This document shows positions 11,136 through 23,597 of a DNA stretch of 64,000 bases, piece after piece. Source of the DNA: Podarcis melisellensis (Eukaryota). Where the stretch lies: the NCBI GenBank assembly GCA_964234715.1, contig OZ174281.1; one strand, 5' to 3'. The position numbers and the translations under genes were made by a program. Each line of letters opens with the position of its first letter. Within the stretch, counting starts at the first letter, position 1. The notes beneath the pieces were generated by a model. It was given only the letters and a program-made list of their open reading frames with translations. It ran no database searches and had not been told where the DNA came from.

Positions 11136-11565
11136 CAGTGGTACCTCGGGTTACAGACGCTTCAGGTTACAGACTTCGCTAACCCAGAAATACAGTGGTA
11201 CCTTGGGTTAAGTACTTAATTCGTTCCAGAGGTCTGTTCTTAACCTGAAACTGTTCTTAACCTGAAGCACCACTTTAGCTAATGGGGCCTCCTCCTGCTG
11301 CTGCACCACTGGAGCACGATTTCTGTTCTTGTCCTGAAGCAAAGTTCTTAACCTGAGGTACTATTTCTGGGTTAGCGGAGTCTGTAACCTGAAGCGTATG
11401 TAACCCAAGGTACAGTGGTACCTTGGGTTAAGAAATTTACCTCAGGATAAGAACAGAAATTGCATGGCGGCGGCATTAGCTAAAGTGGTACCTCAGGTTA
11501 AGAATGGTTTCAGGTTAAGAACAGACCTCCAGAACCAATTAAGTTCTTAACCCGAGGTACCACTG
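11136..11565. mobile_element. Tc1/mariner-superfamily MITE containing an inverted second copy of itself (11193-11413)
   Basis: TA|CAGTGGTACCTCGGGTTA ... TAACCCGAGGTACCACTG|TA; the internal segment is the reverse complement of the family copies at 28553 and 35976. Confidence 0.88.
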
Positions 11566-12762
11566 TATTGGATTTAGTCCAATTTTATTGTAAGCTTATT
11601 TCACTGTACTTCCCAATTCCTAGAATTTCTTTTACTGTACTTTCCAATTCCTAGAATCCTCTGTAAAGGATTCCTCACAATGCTTCTCCAGGGCATGATG
11701 GCCCTTGGTGAGTTGTGAGACCTGCCCACGATACAGCTTTTCCCAAGGCATCGTGGGAAATTTAAATGGCAGCTCTCAGATTCAACTGATCAGAGTCTTC
11801 CTTCTGTTGCCTGACAAGCCTGATGAGGTTGGGAACTGATGCTGAACAGCCAGAACCCAAATAAAGGAAGGTTTATATGGTATTAAACATTAAATAAAAT
11901 AATGTCAAATGTCCTAAAGGTTAAGAATAAGGGCCTAGCGCTTTGTGAGTAATCACACTGCCTCATTTGTACTCACTGGGCAAAATACTGTGAGCAAGTT
12001 TTGGCGCAACAAAAAAGCCAAGAGACAAAAGTTTTCTTTTTGTTTTCTAAATGAAAACTGAAAATTCACAGAGGGTGGACTGAGCTACGGGACCGACCCC
12101 CCATGGGCCTCCAAGTGTTTACAGTCCAGAGTTTAGTCCTGTCCCTAACACAAGAGGGAAAATTGATAAAAATTAAGTTGTTTATTTAAAGGAAGTAAAC
12201 ATCAACTTGTCCATTTTTTCACCCACCAGTGCCTAACATGGACGTGCTGAATATCTACATCTTGCTAGAGCAACTCCATTTCTATTATTCCCAGTCCTGG
12301 CAATGCCATGAGGAATGGCTCATTGCTTGCGCTTTGCTTCCTGCTGTGCTGTCTTCCTTTAGCAAGCCCTTTCCTCAATGACTTGCGATTAGTTTGAGAA
12401 ATCAGGGGTGTTTTACAAAACCAGGGCACTCTTGATGGGCTATCGATTGAGGACAAGCATGCCTGATAGTCTACTCAATGGGGATGAAAGAGAAAGAGGA
12501 TCCGGACATAGGAAATTCTGGGTGGCCTTGTTTGCGTCTGGGTACTTAGAAAGATAGCTAGAAATTGTCCCTGCATAATTAAATCTTTTGTCCCTTCCTC
12601 CACCAATCAATTTCCCAATGAGAACAAATCCTCCACAGCTGTCACAGCAGCGACTTCCTAGATTCTTGAAGGAGAATCGCTCAATATCGTATTTAAATAG
12701 TAAAACAAATGACATGAGAAGCAGCCTATAGCAGCTCTGTATGTTGGGAAATGCTCTCCTTA

Positions 12763-12836
12763 CAGAATCATAGAATTGCAGAGTTGGAAGGGGTCCTCGG
12801 GGTCATCTAGTCCAACCTCCTGCAATGCAGGAATCT
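12763..12836 (-). mobile_element. CR1-type tail of a SINE/LINE
   Basis: AGAATCATAGAATTGCAGAGTTGGAAGGGGTCCTCGGGGTCATCTAGTCCAACC; reverse complement of the tail at about 15800-15848. Confidence 0.7.
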
Positions 12837-13769
12837 CAGCTTGAGCCCAGCCAGGCTGTACAACCTCAAATGCCAAGTGGAGGCTGAATAGTTGACTTCA
12901 TATAGTACATATGGAGGTTTCCCCCTGCAAAGCGGGGCACTTGCCCCTAGGAGCAAGCAATCAGAAATTTGAGAGAGGAAAGAGAAGCAATGGTAGCAGT
13001 AAGAGAAAATATTTTTTAAAAATAATTATGTTTATATTCTGCCTTTTGTCGTCAAAGGAACGCAAGGTGGTGTACAGAGTTCTCCTCCCCGTTGTATTCT
13101 CACCACAATCCTGTGAGGTAAGTTAAGCCGAGACTGCATGAGTGGCCCAAGGTCGCCCAGTGACCTTTATTGCTGCCTGTGTTATGCACACTTAGGCTTT
13201 GTTTTACCCTGGAGGGTAGGATTGGATATGTGTGGAATTTACCCATCATTTTTAGCAACAGAGAGAGCCTGGGTGGTGAAGCTACTAGAACAGGTGTGGC
13301 TCGCCTTTTGCAATGCCTTCAGGGCAACCACTGAAGGGTCATGTGCCAATGGTGAGCAGGGCCAGCAGCCAAAACCGGCAGAACAACAGAAGCAAACAAC
13401 AACAACAACTTTATAATTGATATGCTGCCCATCTGACTGTGTTGCCCCGGCCACTCTGGCCGGCTCCCAGCAAAATAGTAAAAACACAATCAAACATTAA
13501 AAACTTCCCTAGTCAGGGCTTCACTATACATGCCCACACCTCCCACTCTCTGTATCCTCCCTCTAAGACAAGCGAGAAACAGTACCAGAACTCAAGGACA
13601 TATTCCAGCCAGGCATGAACACCCAAGGACTGTGTGAAGCAGGGCCGGTGAGAGGGAGAGTCCTGAGGACCAGACAGAAAACACCCACATTTGGCTCTCG
13701 GGCCTGTGATTAGCCACCCCTGAGTTAGAATGTAGAGCAGCATTAGGAGACACATGTTACATTTCAGAT

Positions 13770-14222
13770 GCCATCAGCATGGCCAATGGTGGTTGATGAT
13801 GGTTGCTGTCACTGTTGGCATCCGTCTGTCTTAGGAGACAAAAAGGAGGAGTGCACCTTTGGCTGGAGAGTTACAGCAACTGCTGTGCTGTAGGGACTGA
13901 TACGGGAGAGACATGTTTTGTTGCAGCTGGGGCAGATGAAGGAATCTGGTTGTGCCACTGCAGGTGCACCATGGCCTTTCTTCTCTCTGTGCTCCTCCCA
14001 GTGGTCGTTCCTCCCCAAGTCACTGCTATAGAAGCATGACCCGACTGTCTGTCTCCAGGCACTGCAGCCGGCTCCAGGGCTTCCCACATAGCACGGCTAA
14101 TGTTGCCAGCCTTCATGTCTTGTTTGCAGACATCTTTGCAACGTAGAGTTGGTCTGCCAATGGACCTGGTGCCTGAAGCCAGCTCCCCAAAGAGCAAACC
14201 GTCTTCCATTCTGTGGACATGT
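13770..14222 (-). mobile_element. RTE-clade LINE 3' fragment, degenerate
   Basis: MEDG..LLFGELASGTRSIGRPTLRCKDVCKQDMK and, after a frameshift, FICPSCNKTCLSRI (RTE ORF C-terminus with zinc-finger-like end). Confidence 0.8.
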
Positions 14223-14239
14223 CAACATGATGGAAGTTG

Positions 14240-14450
14240 AAACAAACTAAAAAAATTCCTTCCAGTAGCACCTTAGAGACCAACTAAGTTTGTTATTGGT
14301 ATGAGCTTTTGTGTGCATGCACACTTCTTCAGATGCACAAGAAAGCTCATACCAATAACAAACTTAGTTGGTCTCTAAGGTGCTACTGGAAGGAATTTTT
14401 TTAGTTTGTTTTGACTACAGCAGACCAACACAGCTCTACCTGTAACTAGA
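14240..14450. mobile_element. Penelope-like element remnant with inverted terminal duplication
   Basis: Perfect 70-bp inverted repeat (14240-14309 / 14342-14411); 13-bp flanking direct repeat ATGATGGAAGTTG (14227-14239, 14451-14463); TTAGTTGGTCTCTAAGGTGCTAC motif typical of reptile PLE termini. Confidence 0.8.
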
Positions 14451-15707
14451 ATGATGGAAGTTGTAATCTAGCAACATCCAGAGATAAATGGGCAATCCAG
14501 GTTCACAGAGTTGTTGTAATGATGGGGGCATTGCGTGAACATTGCGTGAACATTGCCATGAGCTCCTGAGAGAAAAGGTTTAAAAGCATTTAAAAAATAA
14601 TCAAACCCTGCTTAGCTGTGGTGAGGCCGGCTCTCAACCTAACCAATCTCACAGGGTTGTTATCAGGCTAAAACAGGGCTCTTTTGTCCTTGGAGAAAGG
14701 GTGAGATACAACTGTGGCAAATATTTTCAGATGCTGAGAGCTGGGGATATATTAAGCTGTAAAAAGTTAATTCATGCAATCTCTGTTAATGTAGTTAATC
14801 GGATAATGCACACAATCTCTCCCTGATGTTTACAGTACTCTTCCAAATCTCACCGAAGATCTATCCTGTAATGAGCTTGTCTGGGTTTCTCATCAAACTT
14901 TATTATGAGTAGACACATGTACAATGCACCCTTTCCTTGGTTTGATTTTTAATCATGTGAGCTACTTGCAAGAGAATCCCCTTGGCTTACAGCCAATTGT
15001 GAAAAGCAGCCCTTGTTAAACCAGTCCTGCAGACTGGAGACTGTCTTTGGTATTCAACTGGGCAGAAAGAGTTCTTAGTTAACTGGAGTGAAACCAGATA
15101 TTTTGGAGAAGGAAGTGATAAAGTGGGGAACTTTGGAACAGAAGGTCACATTCTAGTCTCCTATTAGAAACCAGAACAACCTGTCACATATTTTCTTAAT
15201 TATCATACAGTGGAAATATTAACAGGCTAGTTCGGCAAAGAGGCACTCTTATTCTTTCTAAAATGAATGTTCAAGTCAATGATAGCTCTCGCTCATGTTC
15301 AGATCCAGTGGAGAGCTGCTTGGCAGTAGGTTCTGAGCTGACAAAGGGAAGTACTTTCCCCACACACTAAAAGTTATGAGGGTGCCTCCAGACTGTCAGT
15401 ATTTTGCAAGAGGGATTCAAGCACATTCGACAACTTTAGGATTTAATGTTTAAAGTGGATTAAAGTGCTCTGTTGCCTTAGCACAAAAATGAACCCACTT
15501 TTTTTTTAAAGACTTTTTTTGCAGTTTGGAAAGTGATAGGGGAAAGTGTGGGATGAATGACTGGTTAATGGGGAGATGTGTAAACACCCTGCAAGCATTT
15601 CAGGATATGAAATTCAATTTTAGTTCTGTAATTATATTTCAGCTTTCAAATTGCTTTGCAGTTGGAGTCTTTTAGAAGTTTCTGCTTGCAAGCTTCCCAC
15701 AGGCAGG

Positions 15708-15848
15708 TGTGGGTAGCTCAGTCGGTAGAACACAAGGCTCTTAGCCTCAGGGTTGCGAGTTTGAGCCCCACGTCGGGCAAAAGCTTTCTGCATTTCACGG
15801 AGTTGGGCTAGATAACCCTTCCAAGTCTACAATTCTGTGATTCTATGA
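15708..15848 (+). mobile_element. tRNA-Lys-derived SINE with CR1-like tail
   Basis: A box TAGCTCAGTCGGTAGA, CTCTTAGCCTCAGGGTTGCGAGTTTGAGCCCCACGTCGGGC (tRNA-Lys-like), tail ACAATTCTGTGATTCTATGA. Confidence 0.8.
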
Positions 15849-16117
15849 CTCATTGTCATAGAACCACCCTGTAAACAAGTCAGAATGCATGCTCAATAAA
15901 TACTAGACATAGGCTGTGTATATACACCCATTTACTCTGAATGCATTGCACTCCCATCACTGGTTTGAGAAGTGGTGTATAAATAACATTAGCTGCAATC
16001 CATAGCTATAATGTTATTTCTTATGCAGTCCTGCATGCCCACCCTCAAAAAAACTAGCTTTGATCTGAATTGTTTTAAAAGTTGTACACTGTCTTGATAT
16101 CTTTTGATAAAGGGTGG

Positions 16118-16118
<1 letters not shown>

Positions 16119-16167
<49 letters not shown>
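16119..16167. repeat. (AAT)n microsatellite, probably a LINE tail
   Basis: About 16 AAT units. Confidence 0.95.
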
Positions 16168-16171
<4 letters not shown>

Positions 16172-16285
16172 CAACTCTGGAATTCCCTCCCACAGGAAGT
16201 AGTGATGGTCATAAACTTGGATGGCTTTAAAAGGCTTATCTTCCATCTATCTGAATGGGTCATGTGGATGTTGTGTGCAGGGCAT

Positions 16286-16629
16286 AAAGGTAAAGGGACC
16301 CCTGACCATTAGGTCCAGTCGTGGCCGACTCTGGGGTTGCGGCGCTCATCTCGCTTTACTGGCTGAGGGAGCCGGCGTAGAGCTTCCGGGTCATGTGGCC
16401 AGCAGGACTAAGCCACTTCTGGCGAACCAGAGCAGCACACAGAAACGCCGTTTACCTTCCCACCGGAGGGGTACCTATTTATCTACTTGCACTTTGACGT
16501 GCTTTTGAACTGCCAGGTTGGCAGGAGCTGGGACCGAGCAACGGGAGCTCACCCTGTCGCAGGGATTCGAACCGCCGACCTTCTGATCGGCAAGCCCTAG
16601 GCTCTGTGGTTTAACCCACAGCGCCACCC
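16286..16629 (-). mobile_element. Sauria SINE, near full length
   Basis: AAAGGTAAAGGGACCCCTGACC...TACCTATTTATCTACTTGCAC...GGGATTCGAACCGCCGACC...CACAGCGCCACC. Confidence 0.92.
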
Positions 16630-17854
16630 ATTTTGCATTGGCTCCTCCTGCACATTGCTGGCATGCAGCCCCAGGAAATTTAGCCATAAGGGAATGCAGT
16701 GCAGCCCTTGTATTAAACCACTTAAAGTCTCCACTGTAGATATGCATATTCTCTTATTAAAATCACCCCAGAGCCGCTCGTAATTCTTTGAAATATCCAT
16801 CAGTCGCTAACAGATGAAAGATGGCCCTCCCAGAACAGCAGGCTTATTTTCATTTCCAGTGAAACACTTCTGCATTCTCAGGCTGACTCATCTCTCCTTA
16901 CTTCATCTGCAAAAGAACTCTTTCAAAGGGAGCTAATTGTCACTCTGTGATGAGGGTCTGCCACCTTGCCTGTGCCTGGTGGATTGGCAGAGAGTAAAAT
17001 GTTCCCATTGTCATCTCTGTCAATACATAGTTCCCTCATAACCTGCAAGGAAATATTCTGATGGGTCCCTGTTAAATACTCCAGACTGGGGTCTGCATTG
17101 TGCTGATAGATGAAAGGCAGGGACGTTGATGTGCCTTTTTCAGAGGGAAGAGACAGAGAAGGGAAAGCGCTGCAAGCCATTTCATTCATTCTCAGCAAAG
17201 GAACTGTGTACACCAGGAAGAAAGGTTGCCCGCTGTAGCCCAAAGCCAAACAAAATATAAAAAAGTACACAGCTGGCAGTGTGCTAGAAAAAAAGAAAAT
17301 ATATATAGAAGCACTTAGCATTTGTATTTCACATTTACAGTGCACCAAGTGCTTCAGAATGCATACACTGGTGCAATGCGCATGCCACAATAAACCAATT
17401 TCAAACAAATGATGGTTTTAATGTGAACAAGCAGCACAGTGCACCCTGACAAAAGATTATGCAGTGATCTTTTTCTGCTTCTCCTCACTCTGCAGCTGCA
17501 CTGTTGATGAAACAAGCCAGTGTTTGGCATATTGTGTCATCTGAATCCAGGTTTTGATTTGCCTCTCCAAAACAAAGCGAGAACAAACCTTTGTTGCTGG
17601 TTGTGATTTGTCTGGAGGAAACAAACCATGGGCCCTGGGTTCAGATGAAACATCAATTTCAATTCAGGCTTGTTTCAACCATGGCACAACAGGAGTTGGA
17701 GACTTTCTTTCTCCCGCTTTGAAACCATCCCATTTCCTTCAAACTCATTTTTCTCCCTCATTTCACACATTGGCGAAGATAACGTGTGTCTCTTTGCATC
17801 AAAGAACAGTGTCAGGCTTGACCTTTGGGCAAGGACCATAGCTCAATGGTAGTA

Positions 17855-19040
17855 CAGTGGTACCTCGGGTTACAAACGCTTCAGGTTACAGACTCTGCTA
17901 ACCCGGAAGTAGTACCTTGGGTTAAGAACTTTGCTTCAGGATGAGAACAGAAATCGCGCGGCGGTGGTGCAGCGGGAGGCCCCACTAGCTAAAATGGTTA
18001 AGAACAGTTTCAGGTTAAGAACGGGCCTCCAGAACAAATTAAGTTCTTTTTAAAAAAAAAAATATTTATTGAAATTTTTAAGTTACAATATAAAAAACAA
18101 ACAAAGTTATAACATAACATGACATATTTTCTTATCTTCTTGGGACCTCCTCACATCCCCCACCCCTACCTTCCACGTTAATAAATTAATCCAGCAAATT
18201 ATCACCTTACTTCCATCCTTACTGTCTGATTTAGATTTAGCCAAATAACTATCCAAAAAATTTGTTTTTTCTTACGTTTTAACTTATCTTCCTACTTCAC
18301 TTCATCTATTTTAATGGTGCCAAATTGTTTATAATCAAGCATCCTGCTTAACATTCATACAACTTACAATGTTTTTGCAAATAAATCTTAAATTTTTTCC
18401 AATCTTCTTCTACCGTCTCCTCTCCCAGGTCTCGGATTCTGCCGGTCATCTTAGCCAGTTCCATATAGTCCATCAGTTGCATCTGCCATTCTTCAGTGTG
18501 GGTAGATCTTGAGTTTTCCAATGCTTCGCGAGAAGTATCCTTGCTGCTGTTGTTGCGTACATGAAAAATGTTCGGTCCTTCTTTACCATCCCTTGGCCGA
18601 CAATACCCAAAAGGAAGGCCTCTGGTTTCTTAGAGAAGGTATACTTAAATACCTTTTTCAGTTCATTATATATCATTTCCCAGAAAGCCTTCACTTTAGG
18701 ACAGGTCCACCAGAGGTGAAAGAATGTTCCTTCATTTTCTTTACATTTCCAATATTTATTATCAGACAAGTGGTATATTTTTGCAAGTTTGACTGGGGTC
18801 ATATACCATCTGTATATCATTTTCACTACATTTTCTTTCAAAGCATTGCATGCAGTGAAATTCAACCCAGTAGTCCACAACCTTTCCCAGTCCTCAAACA
18901 TGATATTGTGCCCAATGTCCTGTGCCCACTTTATCATAGCCGATTTTACTGTTTCATCTTGTGTGTTCCATTTTAACAGCAAGTTGTACATTCTTGAAAG
19001 TACCCAGAACAAATTAAGTTCTTAACCAGAGGTACCACTG
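17855..19040. mobile_element. Tc1/mariner MITE interrupted by an L1
   Basis: TA|CAGTGGTACCTC ... GAGGTACCACTG|TA. Confidence 0.88.
18049..19003 (-). mobile_element. 5'-truncated L1-clade LINE (ORF2 C-terminus and 3' UTR)
   Basis: KMIYRWYMTPVKLAKIY...YWKCKENEGTFFHLWWTCPKVKAFW (cysteine-rich domain); minus-strand AATAAA; 20-bp TSD CCAGAACAAATTAAGTTCTT at 18029-18048 and 19004-19023. Confidence 0.88.
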
Positions 19041-20943
19041 TATAGCGCATGCTCTGCATGCAAAAGATCGTTGGTTCAATCCCTGGCATCTCCACATAAT
19101 TCTGGGTAAGACTCCTTTCAAAACATCCTGGAAAGCCACTGCCAGTCAGTGTACAATGCACTGCACCAAACATATTAACTGATAATGAATGTCCTGAAGT
19201 TCAGATTCAAAGAATACATGGGTTTTTCTATTCTTTTTAACTTTACAACCATTGGAAAAACCACAGGCTGCTTGATATATATATAAATATAGTGATTAGC
19301 ACCTTCTCAATCGCTCAATAAGCAGAGTGGTTTTGATGTAATCTTTGGATGGTATCCAAAACACCTATATAAACTGCTGTTGCTAAGGCCTGGCAGCATT
19401 TATTGCTTGAGAGATAGCCTTGTGTCTGCTCCAGCTTTTAGAAAGCCTTAGCAAAGAATTTAATAGTCATTGGAAATGCGCATCTAGATTAGATGCGGCC
19501 AGTTAAGGTACCTAAAAGGGAAAAACCACGAAAGTACTTGTCCAGTTTGTTGATTTAGTATATACAAAGCAGATTGGACAGGAGTCAAAAATGACTGCTC
19601 TTTTTCTTTGCTTGTTTCTACAAGATCAGCTGGCTTCTTGTGCCTCAATATTCTCAGGAAGAATGTTTGTGATGTACACTGTCAAATACAGAACAAACAT
19701 ATGCTGCATAGATGTATAGACATATAGATATAGATATCTTTTTTAAGGCCCCCGCTAAAAAAGTTTTTGAAGCGTATTCTTTCTTAGCAAGAAATAAACT
19801 CAAGAGTATGCAATCCAGTTTGGCTTGGCTTTTTTATTTTTTAACGAAAGCAAAAAATAAATTCAGTTAATTCCAGGAGGAATGTCTGTAGTTTAAAGGT
19901 TGTCATCTTTGTTACATCCTCAGCCCTATGCTTTTAAGAGCAGCCATTTTGCAAAGTGTGGTGATTAATAAGTGGTAAGACCTCACTCTGCAGCTTCTGC
20001 TACCAAGACACAGGATGCAGGTGAGATCCTTCTTGTTTTATCTTTATGCCTCAAAAGCATTTCCTCTATCATTATTGTAAACTGCTTGGAGCAATCTATA
20101 AATTTTGTTAAATAATAAATACATACAATGGTTTGCATAAAGGACAGTGGCAGGGCTTTAAAAAAAATTAAAGATTGCAAGTCGGATGTCAGATCACATA
20201 CCTTTCAACATATCAAGGTGAATAAAAGGACACTGCTTTGTGTGGTTTTATCATATGACCCACATGAGATGAAGTGAGATCACGGTGCCCAAAATGGCCG
20301 CCATGCAATCCCAATGGAGGGGGCTGTTTTTGCCCATTAACTTTTTCCTTCCAAGCCCCAATTTTATCAGCTCCAATCTTTCAGAAGCAAGCAGAAGGCC
20401 AAAAGTTCAATCTCCAGGTAGGCCCGGAACAGATTCCCTGTCTAAAATCAAAGAAAGCTGCCATTTGGCATAGTAGACAATACTGAGCCAGGTGGACCAG
20501 TGGCCTGCCTTAATATAAGTTTAGAATCAGAATAAATGAGTTGGAAGGACCCTGGTCTTCATCCAATCCAACCTCCCAGGCTTAAAACAGTCATAAGAAA
20601 TAAACAACCCACCCATTAAGCATTGAAGGCTACAGGCAAAAGAGTCTCCCTGCTGGTGGCGTCCGTCTGTGAAATGCGTTCCCCGCGAGAGGCTTGCAGG
20701 GTGTCAGGTATTTTCTCAGACTTTTTAATAATATGTACATTGCCTCGGTGTTGTAATTCAAGTTTTAGTGTTTGCTTTTAATTCTGCTGATGCATTTATA
20801 CTGTTTTGTGCGTGCTTTTATACTGTGATTGGCTGCTCAGAGGCACCTGTCAATTATCTGGGTCAAGAGCGCTGAAAAAATGTAACATTGCCAGCATTTC
20901 TTCACCCATCCCTCATCCCTCTGATCATCCAGGATGCTGTGTG

Positions 20944-20945
<2 letters not shown>

Positions 20946-20977
<32 letters not shown>
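20946..20977. repeat. (GT)n microsatellite
   Basis: About 16 GT units. Confidence 0.95.
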
Positions 20978-20981
<4 letters not shown>

Positions 20982-21577
20982 GCAGCTGCAGAGGGCAGGT
21001 AAACTTGAAAAGTTTATTTGCTTTCATGCACTGATCTGCCTTTCCCCCCTTGCTCTCTTAAAACCATGCTCTTAATAAAAACTCTTAAAATAGGCTGCTG
21101 GGGTTTGCTCTGTGTTTGTGACCGCTCATGGGAGATTGTGTTCTCCCCGCTGTGCTTAGATCCCTTGAACTCACACTGCACATTTGTGTCTAGGGAGAAT
21201 TGGAGGAAAGCATGCTGCCTTGTGTCCCAGAAGAGGAAGAGCAGCAGGCTAGATGCTCCTCATCTCCCTGACTAATATAAATATTTTGTTGCCTTGAGAG
21301 CCCTCTGGGAAGGGCTGGTGACAGCATACCTAATGGTCGGAGATGTGAGCTACTCCTGATCCTATGTGGGGAGAAGGGAACTCTCAAGGTCTCTGCTGAG
21401 AGTACTTTCAGAGGGATGGGATGTGTTCATGCATGAAGGTGTTTCTTTTCTTCTTTTTGCAATGTTCACATGACATCAGCATCAAAAGTTAATCTTATCA
21501 GGAATCCAAATTACCCATTTGTGACATTAAGCTCCTGTCAGGGAGTAGCCTTCATCAGGCCATTGGTCTATCTAGCC

Positions 21578-21833
21578 CAGGGGTCAGCAAACTTTTTCAG
21601 CAGGGGGCCGGTCCACTGTCCCTCAGACCATGTGGGGGGCTGGACTATTTTTTTGGGGGGGAGTGAATGAATTCCTATGCCCCACAAATAACCCAGAAAT
21701 CAGAAATGTGTTTTAAATGAAAGGACACATTCTACTCATGTAAAAACACGCTGATTCCCGGACTGTCCGCGGGCCAGATTGAGAAGGCGATTGGGCCGGA
21801 TCTGGCCCCCGGGCCTTAGTTTGCCTACCCATG
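21578..21833 (+). mobile_element. hAT MITE inserted into a minus-strand tRNA-SINE
   Basis: CAGGGGTCAGCAAAC ... GTTTGCCTACCCATG; perfect TSD ATCTAGCC (21570-21577, 21834-21841). Confidence 0.88.
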
Positions 21834-22562
21834 ATCTAGCCCTATACTGTATTCTTTTACAGTGACAGATAACAGGTTTGGGGCTGGAGTCCTTCCCAGA
21901 TGTATTCAAAGATAATAAGAAATAAAACCGGGACCTTTTACATGCAAGGCATGTACTCTGTAACTGACCCACAGCCCCTTTTCTTTTGTGACTACATAAT
22001 GTACCTTTGTTAGAGAAAGTACTTTGAGAAGGGGCTCTGTGGAAGATCTTGAGGCACAGGCGGTCTGGAATGGGAAGAGGTGTTACCCATGTGGTGGTTT
22101 GTGGATTCCAGGCCATTTTAATATGTTGCAGTGTAATTTTTAATATTTTGTAAACTGCTCTTAGGAGCATTGAAGACAAACAAATAAAAATATAGCATCA
22201 GAAATGGGAAGTTCTGAAAACTGGAGGGAAAACATTTTAGCCTCCTAGATCACTCTGTGGCTGCATTCACATGATAGTTAATTCCATTTCCCTAACTTTT
22301 AATTTTTTCCATTATATTTCACACAATGTAAAAACCAGTGTTCGAAACTTCCCTTATTCTAGGCACATTTTGTGACAAGGAATTTCATTAGAGCGAGCAG
22401 TTTCTGAGCTCTGGGCACAGTACTAGTCTAAGATTTCAGATTAAAACTGTGGAGTGGAAGGAAAGGAGGACCTTTTTATGCCTCCCCACTTCCAGCTACT
22501 CTCTGAAAACTGGAGAAGAAACCCTAAAGAGTGGTAGCGGGTGGGCAGGGGAAGGACTAGAT

Positions 22563-22689
22563 CAGCATAGGCAAACTCTGGCCCTCCAGATGTTTGGGAC
22601 TACAATTCCCACCATCCGTGACCACTGGTCCTGTTAGCTCGGGATGATGGGAATTGTAGTCCCAAACATCTGGAGTTTGCCTATGCTTG
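22563..22689. mobile_element. Palindromic hAT MITE
   Basis: CAGCATAGGCAAACT...CTCCAGATGTTTGGGACTACAATTCCCA / TGGGAATTGTAGTCCCAAACATCTGGAG...GTTTGCCTATGCTTG; imperfect TSD GACTAGAT/GATTAGAC. Confidence 0.8.
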
Positions 22690-23164
22690 GATTAGACCAT
22701 GTGAAAAATGAACATAATATTTTAGCTGCAGTTCATTCATTATCAGCTTTGTATTCTTGTTATTAAAAGTGTGCCTAGATATTCCGTTGTCATATCTCAG
22801 TTTCTAACACTGGTAAAAAGCCCTTCCAGAAATGTAGCACAAGTTTAGTGCTCATTATTTGCTTCCAGGAAAAGGCCATTTGCAAATAACACGGAAATTG
22901 GGTTGCACTATTGGGTTGGGGTTTTTTGGGGGGTGGGAAGCGGTTGGCATCCGCCTGGAAGTGGTGTTTACATCATGTAGCTCAAATACTGTGTGGAAAT
23001 TAACAATTGGGGGAAAGTCAGGGAGATGGAATAAACTACTGTGTGAATGCAGCCTGCGATTTCCTTTCAAGCCACCATTCTCAAAGGGCAACCAAAAGGA
23101 TCCCGAAGATAGAGCATCTCTATTAGTTCAAGGGGGGGGGGGCAGGAAACGCAAGTAAGAAGGG

Positions 23165-23597
23165 ACACGGAAGAGGTTATAAGATTATCCATGGTATGAA
23201 GAGAGTCACTAGAGTTCTTCTCCTTTTCTCGTAATACTGAAACCAGGCTTCAGCCAATTAAGCTGAAAGTTGGGAGATTCCCGACAGACAAAAGGAAGAG
23301 TGCTTTTTCACACAGCTGTAGACTTGGCCCCCACAACGTGGATGGCTTTAAAGGGGGATTAGATGGATTCATCTTGGATAAGGCTGTCAATGGCCATTGA
23401 CCGTGATGCCTATATTACCCCCAGTAGTGGAAGTAATGTGCTTCTGAATACCAGTCGCTTGGGATCGCAACCAGGTTGAGTGCTGTTGGGCTCGTCTCCT
23501 TGCTTCCCATAGGCATTGGGGTGGCCACTGAGAGAAAAGAAATGCCATGCTACAGGGGTCTTTGGTCTGATCCAGCAAGAGATCCTCTTATATTCTA
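23165..23597 (+). mobile_element. Old CR1 LINE 3' end
   Basis: Degenerate GAGATTCCCGACAGACAAAAGGAAG, GATGGCTTTAAAGGGGGATTAGA and tail TTGGTCTGATCCAGCA...CTCTTATATTCT; similar remnant at about 31862-32135. Confidence 0.6.

Larger units (their letters stand above)
17833..19165 (+). mobile_element. tRNA-derived SINE (Squam3-like) split by a MITE
   Basis: A box ATAGCTCAATGGTAG ends at 17852; resumes after 19042 with GCATGCTCTGCATGCAAAAG...GGTTCAATCCCTGGCATCTCC (B box). Confidence 0.75.

Noticed and set aside
15708-15780. tRNA-Lys gene
   Set aside because: Mutated stems and B box, no poly-T terminator, and it runs into a CR1-like tail, so it is a SINE head.
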